A DNA stretch of 64,000 nucleotides, from contig JAZQUV010000046.1 of NCBI GenBank assembly GCA_045631465.1, positions 2,675-66,674 on the forward strand, read 5' to 3'. Below are positions 1-9,870 of the stretch, in pieces (positions within the stretch are counted from its first letter, which is position 1; every line of letters starts with the position of its first letter). The notes below the pieces were generated by a model, which was not told the DNA's origin, made no database searches, and worked only from the letters and a program-made list of their open reading frames with translations. A program made the translations under genes and the position numbers. This DNA is from Candidatus Aphodosoma sp. Its GTDB lineage: Bacteria > Bacteroidota > Bacteroidia > Bacteroidales > Paludibacteraceae.

Positions 1-92
1 AAATGCTATAACTAATCATTGGGTATCATATGTAAATAAAAAGGAGAGCTTCAGTTTTGAAGTTCTCCTCTTTATTTAATTATAGATTTATT

Positions 93-806
93 TTAATCAA
101 GTAGTCCGAGAGCTACGTCCATCATATTGGTGAATGAAGTTTGACGTTGTTCGGCAGTAGTTGCCTCGCCGGTGAATATACAATCGGAGATAGTGCAAAT
201 GACCAAAGCTTTTTTGCCAGCACGAGCAGCGTTGCAATAGAGAGCTGGAGCTTCCATTTCGACTGCCAATACGCCCATTTTTGCCCATTTTTCGGCAGAA
301 GGGGTATCTTCGTAGAAGACATCGCTAGAATAAATGTTTCCTACCATGTAACGATAGCCAAACTCTTCGGCTTTTTCGACAGCCTTGCGAGCCAAGCCAA
401 AATCGGCAATAGGGGCAAATGTGCCAGGTAGTCCGTATTGAGACGCATAATTGCTATTTGTGCAAGCACCTAGGGCTATGACGATATCGCCAATGTGGAG
501 GTCTTTATGATAGGCTCCAGCCGAACCTACACGAACAATTGTATCGACATCGTAGAAATTGTATAATTCGTAGGTATAAATACCTATAGAAGGGATACCC
601 ATGCCGTGCCCCATGATAGATACGCGATGGCCTTTGTAAGTGCCGGTGAAGCCAAGCATGCCACGCACGTTGTTGAATTGCACTGGATTTTCGAGATAAC
701 GCTCTGCCATGAATTTAGCGCGCAAAGGGTCGCCAGCCATGAAAACTGTTTTGGCAATTTCGCCATATTTTGCCCCAATGTGAGGCGTTGGTGTTTGATT
801 TTCCAT
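93..806 (-). CDS. deoD: purine nucleoside phosphorylase, DeoD type
   Basis: 237-aa ORF with [22 protein letters not shown] and VGSAGA motifs of the hexameric PNP family. Confidence 0.95.
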   Translation of the reverse strand: MENQTPTPHIGAKYGEIAKTVFMAGDPLRAKFMAERYLENPVQFNNVRGMLGFTGTYKGHRVSIMGHGMGIPSIGIYTYELYNFYDVDTIVRVGSAGAYHKDLHIGDIVIALGACTNSNYASQYGLPGTFAPIADFGLARKAVEKAEEFGYRYMVGNIYSSDVFYEDTPSAEKWAKMGVLAVEMEAPALYCNAARAGKKALVICTISDCIFTGEATTAEQRQTSFTNMMDVALGLLD

Positions 807-866
807 AATATTTAAATTGAAAGTTGAAAATTACTCTTCAGTATTAACTCTACTTTAATCCCCAAA

Positions 867-2690
867 TTATGACTTAAGTATAATCATTTCGCAATTGCGG
901 CAATCGAATTCGAGGTGGAATCGGTCATTGGCGTTTTGAAGATAAAGTTCTTTTACTTGTGATTTTGGATTCTCCTTACGACATAGCCCTAAGGCATAAC
1001 GAATGCAGTGCTTGGTGCGCATTAGTTCGGCATTAGGTTGATGTTGTTGCTCGAAAGCCATTTGTTTGACATGGCAACCATGCTGCTCGTAAAAAGCTTT
1101 AGATTGTGAATTATAGACATTTGCACAATAGTCCAAATCGGTTGTAATATATCTATGCGTTGTTGGTTTTATCTCTATCAACGACCGGTTGTAGGTTTTC
1201 GCACGATTTTGTTCGTGTAATTCAACCAACTCGCGTCGCCACTCAGCGATTTGAGAGACTGGAATAAAGAGTGGGGTGTGTAGCGCTGAGAGGTCGATAT
1301 TTTGTGCTTCAAAAATTGTACCACCTAATTTAAACAATTGTGTACGCCATGTGTCTAACATTTTCTCTGGATTATTGGCTTTATCGCCTGAATATTCCAC
1401 TGTTATTGAGGTTGATACTTTGTCGGTATCGGTCATAGATATGAGCAATTGGTTGTTTGTGGCTTGCAATTGGATATCTACGTGTATTTTTCGTTCGGCA
1501 GTTCTGCCCGCTAAAATACGCTCGAATGCTACATCGGAATTGCGGTAGACGAGGGTGCCTTTTTCTATCTTAGGCATAACGAGTGGTAAAAGACGACCAG
1601 ACTCTACCTTATTGACACGAAAGCCTTCGAACTCGCCTTTTTTGTTGAGAAAGCAGAGTCCATCGCCATTAACAATTTCCGTTTTAGTATTAATTGTCAG
1701 CGCATTACGCCAAATATCTTTGACTTTACCAATTGGTTCGCCCAAAGATTTAGGTGTGTCGAATGACCAAATATCGCGTTTACGTCCTTCGAGGAAATAG
1801 TCGGTTGCGCCACGATAGAATGTTTTCTTTGGGTTGGGTTCGAAGAAGAATGTTGTTTTGCCAGATGATGAGGCTTGACGAGGTGTGCCTTCGAGTATTG
1901 CGTCGAACTTACGGCGATAGTATGATGTGATATTTTTCACATACTCGATGTCTTTTAATCGTCCTTCGATTTTGAATGAAGATATGCCTGCGTCTATCAT
2001 TTCTTTGAGATGACGAGAAGCATCGAAGTCTTTGAGTGACAAAAGATGTTTTTTGTGAACGATGATATTGCCTTCGCCATCTATCAAATCGTATGGTAAA
2101 CGACACATCTGCGCACATGCACCACGATTGGCACTACGTCCGCGAGCAGCTTCGCTCATATAGCATTGTCCGCTATATGAGACGCATAATGCTCCATGGA
2201 CAAAGGCTTCGAGGGCTACGTTGGTTTGCTCGGCCATTTGTCGCATGGTAGCTAATGATGTTTCGCGCGCAAGGACTACTTGCTCGAATCCGCATTGTTC
2301 AAGAAATTTGACTTTTTCGACTGTACGGGTATCGCACTGGGTGCTGGCATGAAGGGCAATAGGGGGCAAGTCCATTTGCAACAATGCCATATCTTGCACA
2401 ATGAGAGCGTCGACGCCAATGTTGTATAAATCATTGACTAAGAGGCGAGCTGGCTCTAGTTCGTCGTCACGAAGGATGGTGTTGAGTGTGACATACACGC
2501 GTGCTCGATACTTGTGGGCATACTGCACCAATTGAGCTATATCGTCAACAGAATTACCGGCAGCCACACGAGCTCCGAACTGCGATGGACCTATATAGAC
2601 CGCATCGGCACCATGATTGATGGCTGCTATACCCACTTCGAGATTTTTGGCTGGGCTTAATAGTTCTATTTTCGGATTTTTTATTGTCAT
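867..2690 (-). CDS. peptidase U32 family protein (collagenase-like, long Bacteroidetes form)
   Basis: 607-aa ORF. N-terminus ELLSPAKNLEVGIAAINHGADAVYIG and a Cys-rich core are typical of the U32 family. Confidence 0.88.
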   Translation of the reverse strand: MTIKNPKIELLSPAKNLEVGIAAINHGADAVYIGPSQFGARVAAGNSVDDIAQLVQYAHKYRARVYVTLNTILRDDELEPARLLVNDLYNIGVDALIVQDMALLQMDLPPIALHASTQCDTRTVEKVKFLEQCGFEQVVLARETSLATMRQMAEQTNVALEAFVHGALCVSYSGQCYMSEAARGRSANRGACAQMCRLPYDLIDGEGNIIVHKKHLLSLKDFDASRHLKEMIDAGISSFKIEGRLKDIEYVKNITSYYRRKFDAILEGTPRQASSSGKTTFFFEPNPKKTFYRGATDYFLEGRKRDIWSFDTPKSLGEPIGKVKDIWRNALTINTKTEIVNGDGLCFLNKKGEFEGFRVNKVESGRLLPLVMPKIEKGTLVYRNSDVAFERILAGRTAERKIHVDIQLQATNNQLLISMTDTDKVSTSITVEYSGDKANNPEKMLDTWRTQLFKLGGTIFEAQNIDLSALHTPLFIPVSQIAEWRRELVELHEQNRAKTYNRSLIEIKPTTHRYITTDLDYCANVYNSQSKAFYEQHGCHVKQMAFEQQHQPNAELMRTKHCIRYALGLCRKENPKSQVKELYLQNANDRFHLEFDCRNCEMIILKS

Positions 2691-2703
2691 TTTTTTGAAT
2701 TAG

Positions 2704-2823
2704 ATACACACTGTGAGTGGGTATTTTTTGGGTTGCTTGAGGGTTGCTTGCAGGTAGCTGTATAGTATATTTAAATTTTGGAATTTTTAGAATCGAATAC
2801 ACACTGAGAGTGTGTATTTTTTT
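2704..2823 (+). repeat. composite hairpin-spacer-hairpin element, copy A
   Basis: Hairpin ATACACACT-GTG-AGTGGGTAT (2704-2724), then spacer GGGTTGCTTGAGGGTTGCTTGCAGGTAGCTGTATAGTATATTTAAATTTTGGAATTT, then hairpin AATACACACT-GAG-AGTGTGTATT plus a T-run (2796-2823). About 85-90 percent identical to 42240-42362. Confidence 0.85.
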
Positions 2824-2832
2824 GAGGTATTT

Positions 2833-4068
2833 TTAGTCGCGTTTGAATATGTCGCGTGTGTAAACTTTTTCGACTACATCGTCGAGTACGCTATCATAAC
2901 GATTGGCAATAATAGAATTGCTCATTGCCTTGAAGCGTGCTAGATCGTTTACGACTAAGCTGCCGAAGAATGTTGTACCATCTTGCAATGTTGGCTCGTA
3001 AATAATCACTTTTGCACCTTTGGCTTTTACGCGTTTCATTACGCCTTGAATAGAACTTTGGCGGAAATTGTCGGAGTTGCTTTTCATTGTCAAGCGATAA
3101 ACTCCTATAACACATTCTTTCTCTTGTGCCGAATTATAGCTATTGTTGGTGTAACTGTAATATCCTGCTAGTTCAAGAACGCGGTCGGAGATGAAGTCTT
3201 TACGTGTACGATTGCTATCGACAATGGCTTTCACAAGATTTTGAGGCACGTCTTCATAGTTGGCTAGGAGTTGTTTGGTGTCTTTAGGCAGACAGTAGCC
3301 GCCGTAGCCGAATGAAGGATTGTTGTAGTGTGCACCTATGCGTGGATCGAGGCATACGCCATCGATTATCTGCTGAGTATTAAGGCCTTTTAGTTCGGCA
3401 TAAGTGTCTAATTCATTGAAAAATGAGACACGTAGAGCCAAATAGGTGTTGGCAAAAAGTTTTACAGCCTCGGCCTCGGTGAATCCCATGAAGAGAGTCT
3501 CTATATCTTGTTTTATTGCGCCTTCTTGAAGCAATGCGGCAAATGTGTGGGCTTTTTCGACTAGATATTCATCTGCCATATCGGTGCCTACGATGATGCG
3601 ACTTGGATATAAATTGTCATATAAAGCTTTTGATTCGCGAAGGAATTCAGGCGAAAATATGATTTTATCTGTTCCATATTTCTGACGTACGTTGGCAGTA
3701 AATCCAACTGGAATGGTCGATTTTATGACCATCACTGCATTAGGATTATACTTTAACACTTGTTGTATTACGCTCTCTACGGCTGATGTATCGAAGAAAT
3801 TCTTCTGGGGATCATAGTTGGTTGGCGCAGCGATTACCACAAAGTCGGCATCACGATATGCCTCTTCGGCATCTAATGTTGCAACTAAATTAAGTTCTTT
3901 CTCGGCAAAAAACTTCTCTATATATTCATCTTGAATAGGAGAAGTGCGTTTATTGACCATATCAACTCGCTCTGACACAATGTCTAGTGCCACGACTTTT
4001 TGATGTTGTGCCAATAGTGTTGCTATTGAAAGGCCTACATATCCTGTGCCAACTACTGATATTTTCAT
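2833..4068 (-). CDS. ugd: UDP-glucose 6-dehydrogenase (nucleotide-sugar dehydrogenase)
   Basis: 411-aa ORF with N-terminal Rossmann motif [10 protein letters not shown] and the catalytic-Cys motif GGYCLPKD. Confidence 0.9.
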   Translation of the reverse strand: MKISVVGTGYVGLSIATLLAQHQKVVALDIVSERVDMVNKRTSPIQDEYIEKFFAEKELNLVATLDAEEAYRDADFVVIAAPTNYDPQKNFFDTSAVESVIQQVLKYNPNAVMVIKSTIPVGFTANVRQKYGTDKIIFSPEFLRESKALYDNLYPSRIIVGTDMADEYLVEKAHTFAALLQEGAIKQDIETLFMGFTEAEAVKLFANTYLALRVSFFNELDTYAELKGLNTQQIIDGVCLDPRIGAHYNNPSFGYGGYCLPKDTKQLLANYEDVPQNLVKAIVDSNRTRKDFISDRVLELAGYYSYTNNSYNSAQEKECVIGVYRLTMKSNSDNFRQSSIQGVMKRVKAKGAKVIIYEPTLQDGTTFFGSLVVNDLARFKAMSNSIIANRYDSVLDDVVEKVYTRDIFKRD

Positions 4069-4173
4069 ACTGATATTTTCAATGATTAGAGAATTTCTAC
4101 AAATTCTCTGTTTAAGTAATATTTATTTAAGACTTCATTCAAAATTTCTTGCCGATGTAAATTTTGTCACTAT

Positions 4174-5307
4174 TTATCTGCCTTTGTACATCTCTTCGTA
4201 ATACTTCTCATATTCGCCTGAGGTGATATTGTCCATCCACTCTTGATGGTCGAGATACCAACGGACAGTGCGTTCGATGCCTTCTTCGAACTGAAGTGAT
4301 GGTTCCCACCCAAGTTCGCGTTGGAGTTTTGTGCTATCGATTGCATATCGCATATCGTGACCTGCACGGTCGGTTACATAAGTGATTAATTCGAGACTTG
4401 ATCCTTCGGGATTGCCTAGAATACGGTCGACTGTGGCAATCATCACTTTTATAAGGTCGATATTTTTCCACTCGTTGAAACCACCTATATTGTAAGTATC
4501 AGCTATTTTGCCTTCGTGGAAAATCAAGTCGATAGCACGTGCGTGGTCTTCGACATAGAGCCAGTCGCGCACGTTCTCGCCTTTACCATACACTGGCAAT
4601 GGTTTGCGATGACGGATATTGTTGATAAAGAGTGGTATCAATTTCTCAGGGAATTGATATGGGCCGTAGTTATTCGAACAATTGGTCACAATTGTTGGCA
4701 TGCCATAAGTATCGTGGAAGGCGCGAACAAAATGATCGGACGATGCTTTTGATGCCGAATATGGCGAGTGAGGATTGTATTTTGTATCTTCATAGAAGAA
4801 GTCTTTGCCATAGGCTTTATGGCCTTCGGATGATGCCACAGTTTTGAACGGAGGCTCGATGCCTTCGGGATTGGTCATTTCTAATGCGCCATAGACTTCG
4901 TCAGTAGAGATGTGATAGAATCGTTTTCCTTTATAGCGTTCTGGCAACGACTCCCAATAAAGTTTTGCGGCTTGAAGAAGCGACAATGTTCCCATCACAT
5001 TGGTGCGCGCAAAGGTGAATGGATCTTTGATACTACGGTCGACATGACTCTCTGCTGCAAGGTGAATGATGCCATCCACTTTCTCGTCTTGCATCAATTG
5101 ATAGAATGCCTCGAAATCGCAAATATCCATTCTGACAAACTTATAATTTGGTTTATCTTCGATATCTTTAAGATTGGCAAGATTGCCTGCGTATGTAAGT
5201 TTGTCTACGTTGATGATGTTATATTCTGGATATTTGTTTACAAACAAACGAACTACGTGTGAACCAATAAAACCTGCTCCACCGGTGATAACTATATTTC
5301 TTTTCAT
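4174..5307 (-). CDS. rfbB: dTDP-glucose 4,6-dehydratase
   Basis: 377-aa ORF with TGGAGFIGSH, ISTDEVYG and YSASKASSD (YxxxK) motifs. Confidence 0.95.
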   Translation of the reverse strand: MKRNIVITGGAGFIGSHVVRLFVNKYPEYNIINVDKLTYAGNLANLKDIEDKPNYKFVRMDICDFEAFYQLMQDEKVDGIIHLAAESHVDRSIKDPFTFARTNVMGTLSLLQAAKLYWESLPERYKGKRFYHISTDEVYGALEMTNPEGIEPPFKTVASSEGHKAYGKDFFYEDTKYNPHSPYSASKASSDHFVRAFHDTYGMPTIVTNCSNNYGPYQFPEKLIPLFINNIRHRKPLPVYGKGENVRDWLYVEDHARAIDLIFHEGKIADTYNIGGFNEWKNIDLIKVMIATVDRILGNPEGSSLELITYVTDRAGHDMRYAIDSTKLQRELGWEPSLQFEEGIERTVRWYLDHQEWMDNITSGEYEKYYEEMYKGR

Positions 5308-5318
5308 AATAATCTAAC

Positions 5319-5900
5319 TTATTCAAATTCAGGATAAAGATTTATATTGTAATCAAATGGCGAATCAAAATCTTTCAAACACAGATGTTTAGTATCTTTC
5401 TCTGAGAGAATTGCATCTTCTAATGATATTTGCCAGTCTATGCCGAGTGTTTCGTCTTTGATATTTATACCTCCATCGGCTTCTGGGGCATAGAAATTAT
5501 CGCATTTGTATTGGAAAACAGCTGTTTCGCTCAACACAACGAATCCATGAGCAAAACCTCGCGGAATAAAGAACTGACGATGATTATCTTCGCTCAATTC
5601 CACTGCAACATGCTGACCATATGTTGGCGAACCTTTGCGTATATCTACCGCCACATCAAGCACTCGACCTTTCACGCAACGCACCAATTTGCTTTGTGCA
5701 AATGGTGGACGCTGAAAATGCAATCCGCGCATTACGCCATAACTAGACATACTTTCGTTGTCTTGAACAAAATTCACTTTACGGACTTTTGCCTCAAACT
5801 CTCGTTGAGAAAAACTCTCAAAGAAGTATCCACGCGCATCGCCAAAGATTTTTGGTTCTATAATAACCAAACCGTCTATATCTGTTTTTATTACTTCCAT
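5319..5900 (-). CDS. rfbC: dTDP-4-dehydrorhamnose 3,5-epimerase
   Basis: The ORF-track start at 5909 is a TTG. The first ATG (5900) gives MEVIKTDIDGLVIIEPKIFGDARGYF, a canonical RmlC N-terminus. RGLHFQ motif present. Confidence 0.92.
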   Translation of the reverse strand: MEVIKTDIDGLVIIEPKIFGDARGYFFESFSQREFEAKVRKVNFVQDNESMSSYGVMRGLHFQRPPFAQSKLVRCVKGRVLDVAVDIRKGSPTYGQHVAVELSEDNHRQFFIPRGFAHGFVVLSETAVFQYKCDNFYAPEADGGINIKDETLGIDWQISLEDAILSEKDTKHLCLKDFDSPFDYNINLYPEFE

Positions 5901-5905
5901 AAATA

Positions 5906-6811
5906 TCAACCTAAATTGGGTTTACCTGTTGTCTTTATTTCGTCAATTACTTTTATCAAATATTGACCATATTGATTTTTAATCATTGGTTGAGCCAACT
6001 GACGCATACGTTCTTCCGAAATCCATCCTTGACGATATGCAATTGCCTCAAGACATGCTATTTTCAAACCTTGACGTTTTTCCAATACTTCTATATATGT
6101 AGATGCTTCGGAAAGCGAATCATGTGTTCCTGTATCAAGCCAAGCAAAGCCACGACCTAATGTTTGAACTTTCAACTCGCCATCTGCCAAAAACTCTTGA
6201 TTAACTGTCGTAATCTCATATTCACCACGTGCCGAAGGTTTGATATTTCGTGCTACTTCTACAACTTTATTTGGATAGAAATAGAGACCTACAACGGCAT
6301 AATTTGATTTTGGTTTTACTGGTTTTTCTTCTATCGAAAGACAATTGCCTTTATCATCAAATTCTGCCACGCCATAACGTTCTGGGTCATTTACCCAATA
6401 ACCAAATACTGTTGCTTTTTGCTCTTCCTCAGCCGTACGCACTGCCTCACGCAACATGCCGGTGAAACCTGCGCCATGGAATATATTGTCTCCTAACACA
6501 AGACAAGCCGTATCATTGCCAATAAAATCTGCACCTATCGTGAATGCTTGTGCCAAACCATCAGGACTTGGTTGTTCGGCATATTCAAAGCGCACTCCAT
6601 AATCCGATCCATCGCCTAACAAACGTTTGAATCCTGGCAAATCATGAGGTGTAGAAATAATCAATATCTCACGAATACCTGCCAACATCAACACCGAGAT
6701 TGGATAATAAACCATTGGTTTATCATAAATTGGCATCAACTGTTTCGAAATACCTTTAGTTATCGGATACAAACGTGTACCACTACCACCTGCTAATACA
6801 ATTCCTTTCAT
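5906..6811 (-). CDS. rfbA: glucose-1-phosphate thymidylyltransferase
   Basis: 301-aa ORF starting [18 protein letters not shown]. Strong RmlA-like sequence throughout. Confidence 0.95.
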   Translation of the reverse strand: MKGIVLAGGSGTRLYPITKGISKQLMPIYDKPMVYYPISVLMLAGIREILIISTPHDLPGFKRLLGDGSDYGVRFEYAEQPSPDGLAQAFTIGADFIGNDTACLVLGDNIFHGAGFTGMLREAVRTAEEEQKATVFGYWVNDPERYGVAEFDDKGNCLSIEEKPVKPKSNYAVVGLYFYPNKVVEVARNIKPSARGEYEITTVNQEFLADGELKVQTLGRGFAWLDTGTHDSLSEASTYIEVLEKRQGLKIACLEAIAYRQGWISEERMRQLAQPMIKNQYGQYLIKVIDEIKTTGKPNLG

Positions 6812-6838
6812 AATATTATATGTTTTAAGGTTATAAAT

Positions 6839-8185
6839 TTACTTTCTAAATTCTTTCACTACTTCCAATGGCCACTTCCAATTTTGATATAACGCCTGCA
6901 CTATCGTAGGTGCCAATATCATTCCTAATAGGCCCAAGTCCAACCACACTACAAAAACAAGCAACATCACAATCACCCCCAAAGCTGACACCAACGATGC
7001 CTTGAAAAATGGCACTTCGTTACGCGCTAACAAATATTGCGCTGCATTTGCATGATTATATTCTAAATAATACTGTATAAATACCAAAATCAACAATCCC
7101 GTAGGCAACAACATTGTACTGCTTTTCAACACCGCAAGCATCCAGTTTCCCCACAAAACTATGATTACCCCCGACAATGCAAAAACTACTAACATCACCA
7201 CACTCGACGCATAAAACATCTTTTTCACTAAATCTATTCGCCCCTCTACTCGCCACTGAAACACCTTCGGCATATACACTCTCGACACTATCCCTCCCAT
7301 CATTCCTATCACCACTAGCAGTTGCAATGTTATTCCATACGATGCCATCAATTCCAACGACACAAACAACGAACCGATAAACACACTCGACTTATTTATG
7401 ATAAATCCGCCCAACGATGTCAACCCTACCTTAACTGCATTTGGGGTTATTGCCGACAATATTTCTCTATAATCATTACCTTCTGCAACTCTCAAATTAT
7501 CAACAACATCTTTCGTGAAAAACGCTCGTTTACTCAAAAATCTGACTAACAACACCGATATAGCTTGCGACGACACGACAGCCACCAATCCTCCGCCCAT
7601 CATAATCAGCACTATTGCAAAAAGTATATAAACCACATTCCCTGCGAATATAATCTGATGCACTCGTTTCACCAAACCTCGCCCATTCAACAGCGACTCA
7701 TAATAAAGCGTATACAAGTTATAACAATTAATCACTACAACGACAACCCACGCCACATATACCTCTCGCACATTGCCACTATAGTCTGCCATCAACGAAT
7801 GTACATAAATCGTCCCAACCACAGAAAACAACATAAACAACACTATTGCCATTCGCGAATAGAAATAGCGCATTGCCTTAATCGTTCCTGCCAACAGACT
7901 ATAATCCACGCTCTCAACATCATCCACCATCTCATATCCCTCTTTCTTCAATGTCTTAACACCACTAAAAACATACGACACATTGCGTGCAAACGAAGTA
8001 TTAAACCCAAAATCAAATAGATACGTCAACTGAGTTATAGTTGTAAATATAGTCCAAACTCCAACTGTCTCTGCTGGCAACATCCGCAAAATAAATGGAA
8101 AAAGCAACACTCCAGCCCCAATCTTAAAAAAAGTAGCCAAAAGTGTCCACACAAAATCCTTTTTTCCTATATTTTCTACTGCCAT
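6839..8185 (-). CDS. polysaccharide flippase-like polytopic membrane protein (MOP/Wzx-like)
   Basis: 448-aa highly hydrophobic ORF with many predicted TM segments, first gene of the rfb/ugd-containing minus-strand cluster. Confidence 0.7.
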   Translation of the reverse strand: MAVENIGKKDFVWTLLATFFKIGAGVLLFPFILRMLPAETVGVWTIFTTITQLTYLFDFGFNTSFARNVSYVFSGVKTLKKEGYEMVDDVESVDYSLLAGTIKAMRYFYSRMAIVLFMLFSVVGTIYVHSLMADYSGNVREVYVAWVVVVVINCYNLYTLYYESLLNGRGLVKRVHQIIFAGNVVYILFAIVLIMMGGGLVAVVSSQAISVLLVRFLSKRAFFTKDVVDNLRVAEGNDYREILSAITPNAVKVGLTSLGGFIINKSSVFIGSLFVSLELMASYGITLQLLVVIGMMGGIVSRVYMPKVFQWRVEGRIDLVKKMFYASSVVMLVVFALSGVIIVLWGNWMLAVLKSSTMLLPTGLLILVFIQYYLEYNHANAAQYLLARNEVPFFKASLVSALGVIVMLLVFVVWLDLGLLGMILAPTIVQALYQNWKWPLEVVKEFRK

Positions 8186-8274
8186 TTATCGCTATATTTA
8201 CCCTATAAACATTCTGATATTATGCACCTTACACACTATACACCATAACAAAAGCGTACTAATATACTAATCTA

Positions 8275-8282
8275 CAAAGATA
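8275..8282 (-). promoter_or_regulatory. candidate Bacteroidetes -7 box (TATCTTTG)
   Basis: TAnnTTTG match on the - strand about 90 nt upstream of the flippase start. Confidence 0.35.
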
Positions 8283-8419
8283 AATGTTTTTTTTTACATA
8301 AACAAACAAAAAACTCTTTTTTTACTCTATTCTCGTAAACACACCTACTGTTTATCCCCAAAATACATTTTTTTTACAACAAACACACATCAATTTGCTC
8401 TCTTTTCAAAAAAAACTAC

Positions 8420-8427
8420 TATCTTTG
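8420..8427 (+). promoter_or_regulatory. candidate Bacteroidetes -7 box (TATCTTTG)
   Basis: TAnnTTTG match 26 nt upstream of the ATG at 8453. Confidence 0.5.
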
Positions 8428-8452
8428 CAAAAAAATAATAAACTCCACAATT

Positions 8453-9715
8453 ATGAACAAAAAAGTCATACTCTCTATCGCTTGCATCACACTCTTGTGT
8501 CTATGCTCTCTTTCTGCATGTTGCAATAATAATCAACAAGTTACATCTAAAGTCAAAACTGGTATCGAAGTCCTTCGCGACCACAATTTCGACATCCTCA
8601 AAGGCAAACGCGTCGGACTTGTAACCAACCCTACTGGCGTAGATTCTCATCTAAAATCTACTATCGACATTCTCCACGAAGCCGAAGATATCCAACTCGT
8701 TGCTCTTTTCGCACCCGAACATGGCGTGCGTGGCGACGTATATGCTGGCGATCATGTAGATAACACTGTCGACCCTCGCACTGGTGTGCCTATGTACTCT
8801 ATCTTTGGCAAAACGCGCAAACCTACGCCCGAAATGCTCGAAAACGTAGATGTCATCGTCTACGACATCCAAGACATCGGCTGCCGCTCCTACACTTTTA
8901 TCTCTACTATGGGTATGTGCATGATGGCTGCTGCCGAAAATGATAAAGAATTCGTTGTCCTCGATCGTCCTAACCCTCTCGGTGGCAATCGCATCGAAGG
9001 CAACCTTGTCGAAGACGACTACATTTCGTTTGTTTCTCAATTCAAAATCCCTTATCTCTACGGACAAACTCCTGGCGAACTTGCCATCATGCTCAACGAA
9101 GAGGGGATGCTTGGCGAAAAATGTAAACTCACTGTAATACCTATGGAAGGTTGGACTCGCGATATGACTTGGGACGAAACTGGTCTCGAATGGATCCCTG
9201 CTTCACCTCACATCCCTTACCCTCAATCTGCTATCTACTACCCTGTTACTGGCATCCTTGGCGAACTCTACTTCATCAATATGGGCGTTGGCTACCCTCT
9301 CCCATTCCAAACTATCGGTGCCCCTTGGTTCAATGCCGACTCTCTCGCCACTAACCTCAACGCTCTCAATCTCCCTGGCGTTCGCTTCCGCCCTATTCAC
9401 TACAAACCTTACTACTCTACATCTAAAGGCGAACTCTGTGGTGGCATACAAATCTATATCACCGACTACGAAAAGGCTCGCCTCACCGAAATCCAATTCT
9501 ACGTCATGCAAGTCGTAAAAGAGATGTACCCTCATCGCGATATTTTCAAAGAAGCACCTCAAAACCGCTTCCAAATGTTCGACAAAGTGTGTGGCACCAA
9601 CTTCATCCGCGAGAAATTCTCCGAAACTTACCGTTGGTCAGATGTTAAAGAATATTTCGAAAAAGACGAGGCTGCATATCGCCAACTTTCATCAAAATAT
9701 TACCTCTATAAATAA
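8453..9715 (+). CDS. DUF1343 family protein (NamZ-like exo-beta-N-acetylmuramidase), lipoprotein
   Basis: 420-aa ORF with a signal peptide containing Cys (LSACC). KRVGLVTNPTGVD and LFAPEHGVRGD motifs are typical of DUF1343. Confidence 0.85.
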   Translation: MNKKVILSIACITLLCLCSLSACCNNNQQVTSKVKTGIEVLRDHNFDILKGKRVGLVTNPTGVDSHLKSTIDILHEAEDIQLVALFAPEHGVRGDVYAGDHVDNTVDPRTGVPMYSIFGKTRKPTPEMLENVDVIVYDIQDIGCRSYTFISTMGMCMMAAAENDKEFVVLDRPNPLGGNRIEGNLVEDDYISFVSQFKIPYLYGQTPGELAIMLNEEGMLGEKCKLTVIPMEGWTRDMTWDETGLEWIPASPHIPYPQSAIYYPVTGILGELYFINMGVGYPLPFQTIGAPWFNADSLATNLNALNLPGVRFRPIHYKPYYSTSKGELCGGIQIYITDYEKARLTEIQFYVMQVVKEMYPHRDIFKEAPQNRFQMFDKVCGTNFIREKFSETYRWSDVKEYFEKDEAAYRQLSSKYYLYK

Positions 9716-9722
9716 CCCCACT

Positions 9723-9838
9723 GAATACACACTCTCAGTGTGTATTCCCTTTTTCTCCAACCATCACTTCACCCTATCTTTACCCTACCTTCTTCATAGG
9801 ATAACCATAGGTTCACCATACCCACTCTCAGTGGGTAT
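9723..9838 (-). repeat. pair of ATACACAC-type palindromic hairpins. The first also serves as terminator of the DUF1343 gene
   Basis: GAATACACACT-CTC-AGTGTGTATTC (9723-9747) is followed by CCCTTTTTC. ATACCCACT-CTC-AGTGGGTAT lies at 9818-9838. Same hairpin family as 2704-2823 in opposite orientation, with a different spacer. Confidence 0.7.
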
Positions 9839-9870
9839 CCCTCAAAAAAAACACACACCAAACCAACATT

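Noticed and set aside
2554-2802. 82-aa - strand ORF, and the 99-aa + strand ORF at 9591-9890, spanning the hairpin repeats
   Set aside because: They are translations of the dispersed palindromic repeat elements and overlap the ends of real genes.
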